Shown here one piece after another: positions 39,284 through 53,000 of a stretch of DNA of 64,000 nt. The notes under the pieces were generated by a model, which worked only from the letters and a program-made list of their open reading frames with translations, was not told where the DNA came from and made no database searches. The stretch covers positions 742,371 to 806,370 of the forward strand of contig NW_002060959.1 of the NCBI RefSeq assembly GCF_000150275.1. Direction: 5' to 3'. How positions within the stretch are numbered: the stretch's first letter is position 1; every line of letters begins with the position of its first letter. The stretch comes from Trichoplax adhaerens (lineage: Eukaryota > Animalia > Placozoa). A program made the translations under genes and the position numbers.

Positions 39284-42200
39284 CTAGGATACTGGATTGT
39301 GATCCCTTCAAATTTTTATATATTACCTCCAGCGATCTCTTATAAGCATGCTATTTTACACAGCACTTGGTTATTTCTTTCTCTTATCCTATACGAGGCA
39401 TAGAATTGGTTGTGGTACCCTGATCAGTGCTAACATTCAGCCTTTAGCTATCGATATGATCTTGATGCAGGAAAGAAAGAAGTAGTTTACTCCATAATCC
39501 ATTTTGCGAGGTAGAACTAACGTTTCTAAAAATTGTAAGTTACAAGGTACGTACATTGGTAGGACAATGTGTTAAGGCAACTATTTTTACCTGGGCTAGA
39601 GCAAAGCTCAAACTAATATTCCTGTTACCAACATACTATATCAACTACTTGAACTGAAACATGCATGCTGGTCTTAATTGGAGGTAGTGAACTTCAGCAG
39701 CATCTTAGCGGCGTACCTTATAAGATATTACCTGAATAACCTGATAATGACAACCTATCTATAGCATATTAGTATTTCTTACGCCAATCTACAGTAATCT
39801 CCATCTATTTATGACAAAGTTCCGTTTTAAGTTACAAAAAGCCTTATTCAAACACCTATTCTACAAAAATAACAACGATAGTATTTTCTAAAGAATAAAA
39901 ATATAGAAGATTTTCTTAATCAAACTAAGCCAAATCCAAATCTTTTGAGAAAACACCTTTGTAGCTTAAAATCAAGCTTAAATAAAATTTATGATATCAG
40001 GTTATATTATATATCGTATAATGAAATTAAATAAATTCTACTATTATTTATGACAAAATCGATTATCATGTCTAGTTATATGAGGTTTAAGTAAAGATCA
40101 ATTATCAAAATTTTGGCAAAAAATCTCGTATTACAGCATCAAGCTTACAGTAAACTGTTGCATTTTGCCTAAGTTTATAAATTGAAATATAAATCACTAA
40201 TGCCTGTTTTACTATCGTAACGTGATACATAAAATATTCGTTTATCTGATGCTTTGGATTTACCTATAATCCACTCGTCGCAGTGCTAAATATGTTTGAT
40301 TAATGCATATGTGGTATATGATCCCAGTACTTACCAAAAATATATAATACGGTTTGGATACTCGCCACAAATTTCTTACTTGCAGGGTTAAGGTATACAA
40401 GTATTTTACAAAATAACTATTAAATTTTAATGTTGCTTCCATTATAAAGTACGATTTCTGCCTGAGCTAAATAGATTGCCTTTAAAAATGCTCATTTACT
40501 TCATCAGTAACCTAATTGCCGATAAAGTCAATATTGCTCAAGTCTACCTTGAAGCTTTCGGCTGCAACTTTTTAATTATTTTATTGATTAGACTGCTACT
40601 GATCGAAAGTTAGACTTATAGCATTTTAGCTTCATTTCGCGCTACGTTAAGCTAATATCTGAAGCAAATTTCATACATTTAATGCATAAAGATAATGAAA
40701 CTATTAAATTACAATCTATAAAAGATTTTTTTCCTCCTTAATTTTACATTTTCAAGTTATGATTTTTAATTGACGCTTAATTAAAGCTAAGCCATAGTTT
40801 AATCGCTTAGATAGCCATTATAGATCATAGCTAAATTTTTATTTTATATTATTCTTGCTTTTTAAATTCTTGCCTTTATGTTTTTAACGCTATAGATAGT
40901 TAGCCAACATATTTTTTGTCATTGGTATTGCATGAAATAAATAATTGGCTATGATTAGAGGTGTTCTATGTGATAAGTTTCCATTTGACTATTTAAACGT
41001 GTAATAGCAGAATGAGATTATGTGTATGATTTACTATATAGCAAATAGTTATCCAAATTACGGAAGGTGAGAATTATAAAAGCTTCTAATCGGTGGGGTC
41101 ATTGGTAAACATATTGGCTTACGATCGTATTAGCTAGTAATTTGGTAACCTCAATACTATGATTCAAAGCTACCTTTCAAATATTAAATGTTGATATAAC
41201 ATGGTGAGACACGACGGTGTCAGTATATCAATATTAATTAAGATATTATACTAAAATCTAAAGGCAGAGCTCACAAAAATAACTGTATTGGTGATGCGCT
41301 AAACGCATTTTTTTTTTCTATAAAAGTCGTTACTGTCACGGATGGATACGTGCATAAATATGCTAAAGATATAATGGCATCTTTATTAGTAACAAAAAAT
41401 GCTATTTTTCAGCCAAAAGCTTACGGCACCGTTAATTTCGAATATTTTAAAACAATTGATGCAACAGATTAACAGATTGCTGCGAGAACTTAACTTGAAT
41501 AGAATGGTAGCATAAAATCCATCGCTATCACTTCTGATCCTTAATATAAAGGTATATGTAATAATGATACAATATTTATTTATGCTGTACCTATTTATCC
41601 ACTGATGAAATGATGTAATAAATATGCATAATTGATATTCAACTATTACGTACATGATACCTAATATCGATATGTAAGTGCTAATGATAACATCTCATGA
41701 TGTCTATTTTTATGAATCCCTTAAAGCAGTATAATATCGCGCACAAATACGATTTCGCCAATGAAGACAATACCAAGTTGCAAAGGTATCAATGAAATTC
41801 TTGTTAGGGTTATATTTTATAATTTTATGTAATATAAACCATTTGATATTCTAATTCAATAATCTTTTTCGGTTGTACTTCATGCTGTTAAAGGATTTGT
41901 TGATATCTTGAAAGGAATCATGAAAAGTGACAACAGCAAATATTTTGAGTACTAAGAATTGTCTTTCTGAGATGCAACTATCTCACATTAAAATGATAAT
42001 AAAAATTTTACGGTAATATTTTTGTATAATGCAAGTATTTTTGGTTAAGAGAATCACATCCATAATTTTATAAAATGTATCAGAAACTCATACTGTATAA
42101 GACACGAAGAAGAATGCTCATACACATGATATCCTTACTTAGATACAAAAGCCTACAGCTGCATTATTTTGCTAGCTTAACTAAAGTTGGAGAATTAGAA

Positions 42201-42609
42201 CATTACATCAGCTCTTTCATATTACCCTAATACAACCAATAATTCGCATTTATACCCGTAATCTAAACATCTCTATACAGATATACCGATATAAAGATTT
42301 AGGCTTTTATAATATCTCTTTTCATATTGTGGTTGTTGGTGCGGTTTGTGAACCCTTATCGTATAAGACATAAAGAAGAATTATTATCAATACGATACTC
42401 TTAAATAAATGTAAAGCCTATAGCTATATTTATTTGTTGGGTAAATTAGTTTTGGAGCTATGCAATATTATATCAGCTGCTTCATATTGGGGTAATACAT
42501 GTATAACTAAAATTTGCATATTTACCTACTGTAGAATCTGTAAATCTCTCTATCGAATGCCTAGTAATTTTACAAAATGATGGATTCTTTAATAAACTCT
42601 GTAACATCG

Positions 42610-43104
42610 TGCCATCGTATGAACTACCGTGAAGAAATAGCTATCTAAATTTGGTGAATATAATATAGTGATAATTTATTACAACTACTACTACACAGTA
42701 CACGGTATAAAGTTACTGAACCTCTGACAGGTCTACGACAAATGGTAATACTATCTGTTAAATGAGCACATTATCGTAAACCGTCAGCAAAGTGACGGGA
42801 GTTTGCACTAGTGTGCACTGAAATGATTCTGTGGATGAACATGTTGTAGTCCGACTGTGAAAAATTAGTTAGTAGATCTTCTCACCTAAATATTTTTATA
42901 AGATGACTCATGAATGTTAGCTGCTGTAGAAGGGTATATAAGCCCGTCAGATAGTTGAATAAAGTAGTTCTCAATTGTCTAGTTGAGTTTAACGTAGAAT
43001 CAAAGGCGTCTAAATCCTTGTGAGTAGGGATACTGAATCCGCAGATTTTAAGAGATTTAGAGATTTATTTTACGTTATCCTTGTCACGAAGCTGGTTTGT
43101 AACA
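42610..43104 (+). mobile_element. Solo LTR, family 2, copy a (495 bp)
   Basis: TGCCAT...GTAACA with TSD CATCG on both sides. TGACTCA at 42904, then TATATAA and AATAAA. Highly similar to the 49649 copy. Confidence 0.88.
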
Positions 43105-46100
43105 CATCGATATACCGATGTTAAGATTTTGGATTTATAATATACCTTATCATATTGTGGTTTGATAATTTAACTTATATGCTGTAGAGACTTGATACTA
43201 CATCATTTATGTTTATCACAAGTATTTTGTTAGTGCTTTGTGAATATTTATTTAAGTCGTCTTAAATGGGTTATTAATGGAGGCAGTACGTGCAAATGAT
43301 AAAATTAGTATATTGAGTATTATAATTATTATTGCTGCTTTCAAGTGACTACGGTTAACACATTAGCTGTAAATAAGGATTCATTAGAATTCCTTAAATT
43401 GATTGGTTTTGTAATCTAACACTCTTAACTAACTCGTTTATCTATTTGACTTATACTAATTTTTGTTTTGAAGCCTCATAGTAAGCCTGTGAGGAAAGTA
43501 ACGAATAGTTGCTTTCATTGATAGTGTGCACGAAGGTTGTAGTGCTACAACTATAAAAGGACATAGCAGATCGCTGCAATTTTAATCTTATTTTGTTTGA
43601 TTTCATTAATCAACAACCGTAATAAACTATAGTATCTTTTTATCCCTTTGGAGTGATCTCGCTGTGAGACCGTCGAGCACCCTAATCCCAACCAACTGAT
43701 TGTCGAAGAAGGCAATTGTTTACGGTAGAATTGGGCAAATTCTACATATGCATTGAAAAGATAATCTTTTAATGCATTCTTTAAAACTGTATCTTCAAAA
43801 ATTATACGGTAGTATGTCAATTAGAATGGAATCAATTTATATATCTTCAATGAACGTTCACATTATTGTAGGTTTATTATGGTATAATTTAGAGCTTGGC
43901 TATTAAATAGCTTAGTAATATTCGCTAACTTCTACTTTTTATCAAATTTAAGATGTTATAGTACTTAATCAAATCTTAACAGTGATTGAGAACAAATTAG
44001 CTGTAGCTCTGAACGAATTCGCAAGCAGTTTCTAATGATTCTACTCGCTTTCACGCGCTAAGCGAAAGAAAATAATATACATCTTTATTTAGATTAATAT
44101 TATTTTACATATTAGATTAGCGTTACCTGGAAACTCATCCGTATCTTACAATTTATCTTAGTCTGCTACTAAATTCTGAACATACTGTACGTATGCGTAG
44201 GCGAAGATTAATTTGAAAATTAGCTATAGAAATTTTACTAGTTATATAAAACAGAGAACAACTGTTACTTCCGTTAGAGATTATCAATGTTAAAAAGTTG
44301 GACAAATGAAATTTCAGACTAAATTATGCTAGTTCTAAAACGTTTGATTTGAAAATACTGACAGAAACTGATAATATATGATAAAACATGCCTCTGTGAC
44401 TATACTCGTACAATAAACATTACTATATTTTTACATGTTCTAGTACCTACAGTTATTTTAGCTATTAATATAAGTAATTTGTAACTGAGTTAATATGCTT
44501 TCTTGTACTGTATATCACCTATAAAACTGTTAAACTCCATAAAAGTCAGTCTTTATCGTCTTTAGATCACCTGGAATTATTCAGGACCGGAATAAAGATT
44601 GTAACCAAGTTGTATTAAGTATACAATGATTAGGCGAATCTTCTTGCATTACTTTGCAATGTTGATAGTTGCATAAATTTACTCAATTGTAAATATAACA
44701 CAGCAGTATAACATTAATTTCGTCTCTGTAGTCTCTTCGTCTTTACCTAGAGAATCAAATATTTTAAAACCTTGTCTATAAATTTTAGTCAGTATTTGAA
44801 GTTTAAAATGCACCAAAATACCGCGTCTTTGTGTCTAAGAAATAAAATCATGAAACAAACTCGTCTAGCCGTCTATGCGTAATATCGGGATAATTTTAAG
44901 TTATGAGTAAAGTTAATTATAACGTACCCGTAATTAATTACCGATAGGCAAGTAATTTCTTTGGTAATTCATTGTGTCATTGAAGAAGTACACTTAATTT
45001 CATGTGATTTCGTTCACATACTATAGCTGATCAAACTAATACGCTTGATAAAAAAGCCAATGATTAAAATCATTGCTTGAATATTTTGTAGATAGAAGTA
45101 TCTCAGTTTATTTTATAAACTACCGTACTTAATACTCTATCTAGTCTATCAAATGAATATCTGCAAAATGTAATCGAAAAAAACTTACTTGTGGCACCAT
45201 ATAAGTTTACCTCTTTAATCAATGATTTTTTGAAATTCATTTCTCATGTAGCAAGGGTGCGGAATGGACTACTTTTTGTATGAAAAATGATCTTGATACA
45301 TTTGCATTATAAACATCCGGTGATTGATATTAACATAATAAAAGATCTGCTGAATTTTATTGTATCGGTAAAAGCATTTATAAATAAGGTTTTCTAATCT
45401 GATGTTTTTCTCACAGTTACAGAAAATGGCATTATTCTGATAATAATTTTTTGTTATAGTATTCTAGTGGTACTCGCCAACAATACTTTACAAAAATAAA
45501 GCCAAAGAGAAAATTCCGGATGCCATTGTATTGGAAGCCAAAGATTGTATATTACGGATGATTCACGGTACTTTGTACAGTTTTAATAATGTTTAATGAT
45601 TCTTACTGTCATGCTTGTTTACGGACGTGACTGTTACTAATCCCAATTTCATACTATCATCATAAGTGGTATACAGTACATTACTTTTCGTAAAAGCAAG
45701 TAGGACATCTAGTTAGCGAAAACAGCGAATCTAGGGGTAATCAAAGTATATACTGAGTCGTTACATATTGATATATAAAAACAATGTAGACCAAGCAGAT
45801 ACATCAATTTTGGGCAAAATTGTCAATCTTTTGCCTATTAATTATAGGGCATAGCTAACTTCCATATCACTAGTATGCAATCTTTTCAATTAATAATGCT
45901 ATCCCTTAATTTGCTTTTGGACAACTATAAGTTAATCTATGCTACAAAGAGTTCTATGTTTCAATCATGAATACAATGCCATCAAAGATGGTATGAATAA
46001 TAAGATAGGTGAAAATGAGATTCTTAATTGAATTTTCAACCTTTAATAATAAGACGTGGGTTATTTATCACCTTGACTAATATGTTATCTTTTCCATTAT

Positions 46101-47220
46101 TGATTTTCCAATATTAATCTATCATCAAGGTTGAAGGCCTGTTAACGATCATCTATGCATTTGCATACAGCAATTAATCCTTAAATTTTCAACAAAAAGC
46201 TTGCAAGACAATACAAACAAATAATTGTCTTAAACTAACATTTATGCTAAACCTTTGCTCTGTTGTTATTTTTACTATTGTTTTATTGCTTTAATTCTTG
46301 CCTTTCAAAGATCAGCGTCATTATTATTTCTTTTGAGTCATATTATATTACACTATAATGGATTACTGATTATAAGAATTAGAGGAAATATTTTTTCCGA
46401 TATATTAAAAAGGCATTTTGTTTGCAGCTAAATATATTTAATTTCCTTAAAGACACAAATGTACTATGGAACCGATAAAATTGTCTGTTTTCGCATCAAG
46501 TAATGGCGGTGGATGCTGTGCCATAGTTAATTTGAGATTTTAAAAATCTGGGAAAGTAAATTGCTTACAGAAATTTTTCTATCTTTATTGAAATAGATCG
46601 CATTATTAGGCATGATCGATAGATAATGTTTTAGCCTCTATTATTGAAAATTTAAATTTTTCGATTTGATGCCAAAATTGTATACCGGTTATCTTAATTA
46701 GTTGTAGACCTTCACCATATTACATCACCTTCTTTCTTTTATTTTATATCATTAGCTTAGCTAATCTTTCAAATGTTGACTCAAGAAAATAATCAAATAG
46801 TTTTGTCGATATTTTATTTATTTTAAATATCAATATTAACAACTTTTTACTTACATTGACTCAAGAAATGTAGTTAGTTCTGTTAATTTTATTATATTCT
46901 ACCAAATCTACATAGATAATATTCCCAATTATAAAAGATACAATTGTTTTTAAGTAAAGATTCTTATTAATTTTGCGGATTTTTCTGTTCTTACCAAATC
47001 TATTGCGTAATAGCTACTAATCTACCATATCTTAGCAACATCGTATTTTATGCATTGAATAGCTATCCGGAATGCCTTATACGTTTTCCATCAATTTTGA
47101 TAAATAACTTTAGTGAGCAGATAATATCCATTGTAACTGTAATTAAAATCTCTTTAGTCAGATTGAACTCAATAAATATAATAAAATGTGAGAAATAAAA
47201 ATATTATGGGTAAAGCTTAA

Positions 47221-47279
47221 CCTGTCAATAGTAAACTTAATATAGTACTGTACACTATATTAAGTTTACTATGGAAAGG
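47221..47279. mobile_element. 59-bp palindromic micro-MITE with TTAA flanks (piggyBac-like)
   Basis: TTAA|CCTGTCAATAGTAAACTTAATATAGT-ACTGTAC-ACTATATTAAGTTTACTATGGAAAGG|TTAA: 26-bp arms with 2 mismatches, CC..GG ends, TTAA on both sides. Confidence 0.55.
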
Positions 47280-49648
47280 TTAAGCAGGTGATGCTAATTA
47301 ATATACATCAATGGTAGAATTGATGTCTATTTTCGTCTTTTCGTTAATTTTTACTAGCATAGTACTACTTATTTTTAAATTAAAAATAAAAGCCATTGCC
47401 ATATATTATAATGAGGATCAAGCATTATATATATATGGCAGTAGCAGATAATACGATAAGCAAAACAAGAATCAAAATACAAAAATTATCTGTATCACGT
47501 TGTTTTGCTTACGTAACATTTAGAAAATTAGAAGATCCTGCCGTAGTTGTATTTGTTGATATTTCAATTGACAGATTTATTATGTAGCTAAATAAAAGAA
47601 TATTTATATTTCATTAAATAATTTAGCATCTAAAAGTTATAATCTTTTCTGGTAATTAACGCTGGGAATATGATCATCTTACTGCAGTGTCAATACATAA
47701 TTAAAATTCCTTTCATACCTTACCAGAATTATTAATTTCATTAATACTAGCATGTAATCTTGTATTGTTTGCTTTTAGTGGACGATCTGCTCTTTAGTGT
47801 TATTTTTAACAGAATCAAAAATTGAATCACTTGTGCAAGAAACATTTTACAGTTATAAATGATACTCAGGCATTGAAATGATAGGATATTTCGCAACTGT
47901 GCATTTAGCTTAGACATAACTCAGCCACAATAAATAATACTAGTATCGTTAAAATTTTATTTATGATATTTGGACTAAATGGATTGCAACGTTAAAATTG
48001 ATTACGTTTATATATGGCTTATACATATTGTGCAACAATTTTTCCATTTGTCTCACATAAGTAGGTATTGCTCCTCACTATACTGTAAATTACCATGTTT
48101 ATCAGCAGGATAAACCAATACCAATAAAATTCTTTTTTAATTTTATAACTTTTTATAATACTTGGCCGCTAATTCTTAACATCTAGAAAAAAATATTTTG
48201 AGCCTATTATATATAATAAATAATTGCTGATAGAATACAAAGTATATTATAGCAAGTAAATGTTGAATCTCTCCAATACATTGCCATACTATAGCTTGCA
48301 ATATAAAGCACAACAGAAATTCGGCCACAATTGCGCAATAATCGAATAAAGAAAATTGCTTGATTAAGCAAATTTCAAATAATCACAGTTAAAATAGGGC
48401 TTAGTGATATAATTAAGTTATCAGCAACAATTATGAACCATGATGTAACTTAAAGTAGTACGAGTTTGCCTTAACTAATATTAATGTCCAAGTTATGTAA
48501 AATTAAAAGGTTCCTGTATATTGTAACTATGAAGCAAAAACGTTAACAGGCATCATTATAAACTCATAGATGTTTTCACTAAATTATTAAGGAGTATTGT
48601 TAGATGCTAAACGTGTCATGAATGTTTTTATAAAATTGAATTAAATTGTTAAAGACTGATTGAGCTGTTATTTTTCTCCAATAACAATGTCTGAGTGATA
48701 AAATATTTGTTGAATAAATATATCTGGTCAAGGTAAAGACTACTATAATTTACAGGTTTTCTTTTAGTCTAGCCATGACGCCAGAGAATAAAGCTGATTT
48801 AATATTTTAATTAAATATTTATTATGTTATTCAAAAATTAAAATGGATATCGAATTGTCGTAGCTAATCAAAAATTGCTAAGTAGGTCAAGATTTGATAT
48901 TAGATGTTAATGGCATCTGCATAAGACATATTGACAGTAAGAATATCGATAATTCTTCGTAGGAAAATTTGCATTTACACTATAATGTCCGCTATATTGT
49001 GCATGTGCATTTTACTGATCTTATTTTATAAAAGGTTATAAAATTACGGCATCATAAAATGCTTAAAATGATTAGTCAGTGAAAGCGACTATTGAAGCTG
49101 TTAGAATGCATATGTGCATATATTTGTCCAAGTTATTAACCCGAATTATTATATTTCTACATCAGTAAGCAATAATACTAAAAATTTATCTACACTTTCG
49201 ATGTTTACAAACAGTTGCAGGCAAATTTTTTTTAATGCTAAAATTTCTAGGCCTGTTAAGGCTTGATTATACAGCCTTCTAAAAAAGAGAATAACATTAG
49301 AAATGAATGTTTAAATACTGATAAGTCACATTTTTATTTCCGGATAGTTAAACATTTCATGTACATCAAGTCAACAACGATTGAACACCTTAGACTGGTG
49401 GATGATGATTAAATTAAAATTAAAATAGACAACTGAAAAGTTGTCTCAGACCAGTCATGTCTAACGGAAATTTGATTAGCTTTCGGCTATAAGTTAAATA
49501 TATTGTGTTCGCTACTCTTTCATTATTGTCTATCTGTGGTGTAGAACATAGAATTTGAAATAATTAAAAAAATGGAAATTTTATTAAAAGAGCAATGGCT
49601 ACATCTATCAAATGCAGTAAATCGTTTATGCGATGGCTTTTGTGACCG

Positions 49649-50090
49649 TGTCACGGTCAGAACTGCCGTGAAGAAATAGCTATCTAAATTTGGTGAATAT
49701 AATATAGTGATAATATATTACAACTAGTTCCTTACAATAGGAATTACTCTAATTATAAATGTGTTACAGTAAATTTAATGCTGTGCTGTAATGTGTACTG
49801 AAATCATTCTGTGAATGGACATATTGTAGTCCGACTGTGAAAAACTAGTTAGTAGATGTTCTCACCCAAGTATTTTTATAAGATGACTTATGAATGTTAG
49901 CTGCTGTAGAAGGGTATATAAGCCCGTCAGATAGTTGAATAAAGCAGTTCTCAATTGTCTAGTTGAGTTTAACGTAGAATCAAAGATGCCTAAATTCTTG
50001 TGAGGTAGTTAAGGGATACTGAATCCCGGAGACTATAGTAATTTAGAGATTTGTTTTACGTTACCCTTGTCACGAAGCTGGTTTGTGACA
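49649..50090 (+). mobile_element. Solo LTR, family 2, copy b (442 bp)
   Basis: Perfect TGTCAC...GTGACA termini, TSD GACCG on both sides, TATA and AATAAA present. Confidence 0.9.
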
Positions 50091-53000
50091 GACCGCTATT
50101 GCTGTTTCAGCACAATATATCTACACAGAACTAAGTTTAATAGTTATTAGGTTAAAATGATGAAGATACTTAACTAAAGTCAGAAATAATATAAATTTGC
50201 TAATGGTAAATATTCTAGACCACTTTTGTATGTCTGTAAGTACTGTATTAGATTATTGGCTAGCTTAAATAGTGTTTTAAGTAAATTACAGTAATAATAA
50301 GTGTAAAAAATGCAGTATTAATATGAAATAAATACAATATCATATTGAAAAATCACTATACATAATAAAGGAAATTGTAGATGATTATTCATATAGCATA
50401 TATAATAGGCCATAACCGACGGATTTATAAAGATCAATTTTTAAGCATTACAATAATATGATTCTTCATTCCTGAGTAGAATATTGTAATGAAGTATTTT
50501 ATCGTGTTTTAAATTAATCTAAAATTACTGTCGTAGAGTTTAGTCGATTATCTTATTATCTTAACTTCTTTTAACTGTTCTTATAAGGGCTAGAACAGCG
50601 GATTTTTTCCCCTCAGGCGGACTCAATATAAATGTTACCTTCTCAGTTAAAAGCATTTGTTGCTCTTCATACTTTTATTTCTTTTGCTTAACAGCATAAA
50701 TTCTTTTTGTCCGTCACAATTGAAACTATGCAATAAGGAAGCGTACACTACAAGTCTATAAGCAACTACTGACTTAAACGCTCTTCTACTAAACGTACAA
50801 CACTCAGCGAAGTGCAGCAAAGATAGAACTTTTATTGGCTTAGACACATCCACAACTTTTCACTACACTATTCAACTCATATGTTAACGTTTGTATAGGA
50901 ACCGTCTAATCTGTAAAGAACAATAGTATTATTATTATACCATTACTAGAAGAGATATCTCGAATTGAGATGTTCCTTATATAGCTATCTATCAGTGAAT
51001 ATTTTAATCTCATACTTATACTAAGATTAGCTGGAACTTGAATCATTTTACATCTACACATAATAACAATCAATATCAAATATGCAATAAACTATCACAA
51101 ATAATATCCACGTTAAGGCATTACTTACCTTACCTAGCACTACAAATACGGATATTTCCATATTAGCTAATAATGTACTAATTAAACAATCCTAAAGGCA
51201 AGGTAACACCTTAAAAGTGTCACATTAGAAATCTTTTTTCTCCATCTTAACTCAAATTTTGAGTTAATAGATTGCGAACCTAAGTGATTAGGACTACTTT
51301 CTTCTTCATAACAATTACTTTTACCTAAATATTAATAGTTGTATGTAAGAGCGAAAGTCTTTCTATTAAATAGAATATACCATGCTTTGCAGGTATCGAT
51401 ATGAGTGTAATAATCCATTACCTACAAAAAACTATTTTATATAAGCTTAGAAAGCGCTAGTGCTACCGTTAGAGTTCAAAATCTTAAAACTCGTGAATAT
51501 TTCCTAGGTATGGTCTAAATTGGCGATTACTACTTGTCAAGCCTTGGCAATAGCCATATCCCGTAGAGCCATCAACGAAATACTGAAATTTGTATGCGTT
51601 AATTGCAATCAAATGCTACATAGACAATAGCAGAAAACATTAAATAAAATTTTAATTTCTTTGGAATCAACAAAAAATGATTTTTAGCCATTTTTCATAT
51701 AAATTGTCATTTACAGATAAAAACATTATCGTTCAATTATATATATTTATGTCATTTCGAATACAAATGATGTGTTTTAGCCTTATTTAATAACTTAGTC
51801 TGATGACCTCTTCACATCCGTTGTACAGTACTATTAGCTGTTATAATTAAATTTGAAATATTGGAATATTTTAATAGCCTGCAAGACCTTAAATCATTAC
51901 AATTCAACTGTATAAAAGGTCCGAGTGCATGTAAGTAAGGTTTTTTTATAACATATCGTAGTGAAGATTAATTTTCAGAATTCTCTTTCGAATTTCTGTA
52001 TTGCAATAAGGTTAGTATTGCAGCTTGAAAAATTACTAATTTGGTTTGCTTACACTAGATTCTATATAGTACCTTAGTATATTATGAACTGAGCTACTCT
52101 ATTTACGTTAGAATTTAACAATATTCGGCAAAATAATTTACTTAAAAATTATACAATTTAAGATAGTAATTTTAGCGATATATTTAGTTAATACAATACT
52201 CATATTTCAATTATAATGTAAGCTTGCAGCTAATTTTGATCACAGATGCAGTAGAAGTTATGTTACTTGCAATAGAAAGCAGTGTAAATCCGAGCGTTTT
52301 GATCTACATTCTAATTTGAGATTGCTGATCTGCCTGACAATATTTATATAATTATACTCTGTATATCGTAGAAAAAGACACAATTTATAGTTGAATTATG
52401 ATTATTATCAATTTAATAATTTTTAAAATCTAGGGTAATATTTATCTTATCATATGTGAATAAGTTCTAGTTTGGTTTGAAATATTTTAGGACGATAAGT
52501 TGGTAGTCTGGTTCTACTAACCACTCTACATAGGATATAAAAGTTGATATAATCCAGTAGTTTATGAGTAGCGTAGTGCAGTAAGGTAAATGATTAGGAT
52601 ATTTCTAAAATCGTGACTAATCTCATTTAAGTTACAGTAGTTGATTAAGGCAGTAGTTCTGCCTTTTTTAATTCTTTTAAGTAATTTTTAAAGTTGTTGC
52701 TAATAGTTAAAGTGAATTGAGGCTTTCTCTTACATTGAAAGCTGTTCATTTTAATGATTTTAACGTCATTGTAAGTATCACTTTATCTTTGATTCACAAT
52801 TAATAAGCAAAATATTTTTATTATTTCAACTTCTCGATTGTATTATATGCCGCTATATAGTAAAACAGTTTATTATTAACTACGTAGCAACCGTATCAGA
52901 CCATATGTTTAACACTTTCTGAACGTTTCCGATTGTAAAATGGAATGGACTATTGTATTCTAGATTCTTAGAATGGTTTGGCTAAAGTAAATGGCTTGAT

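Noticed and set aside
41334-41932. TGTCAC...GTGACA pair as another solo LTR
   Set aside because: The flanks (GTTAC and ACAGC) do not form a TSD and there is no similarity to the other families.
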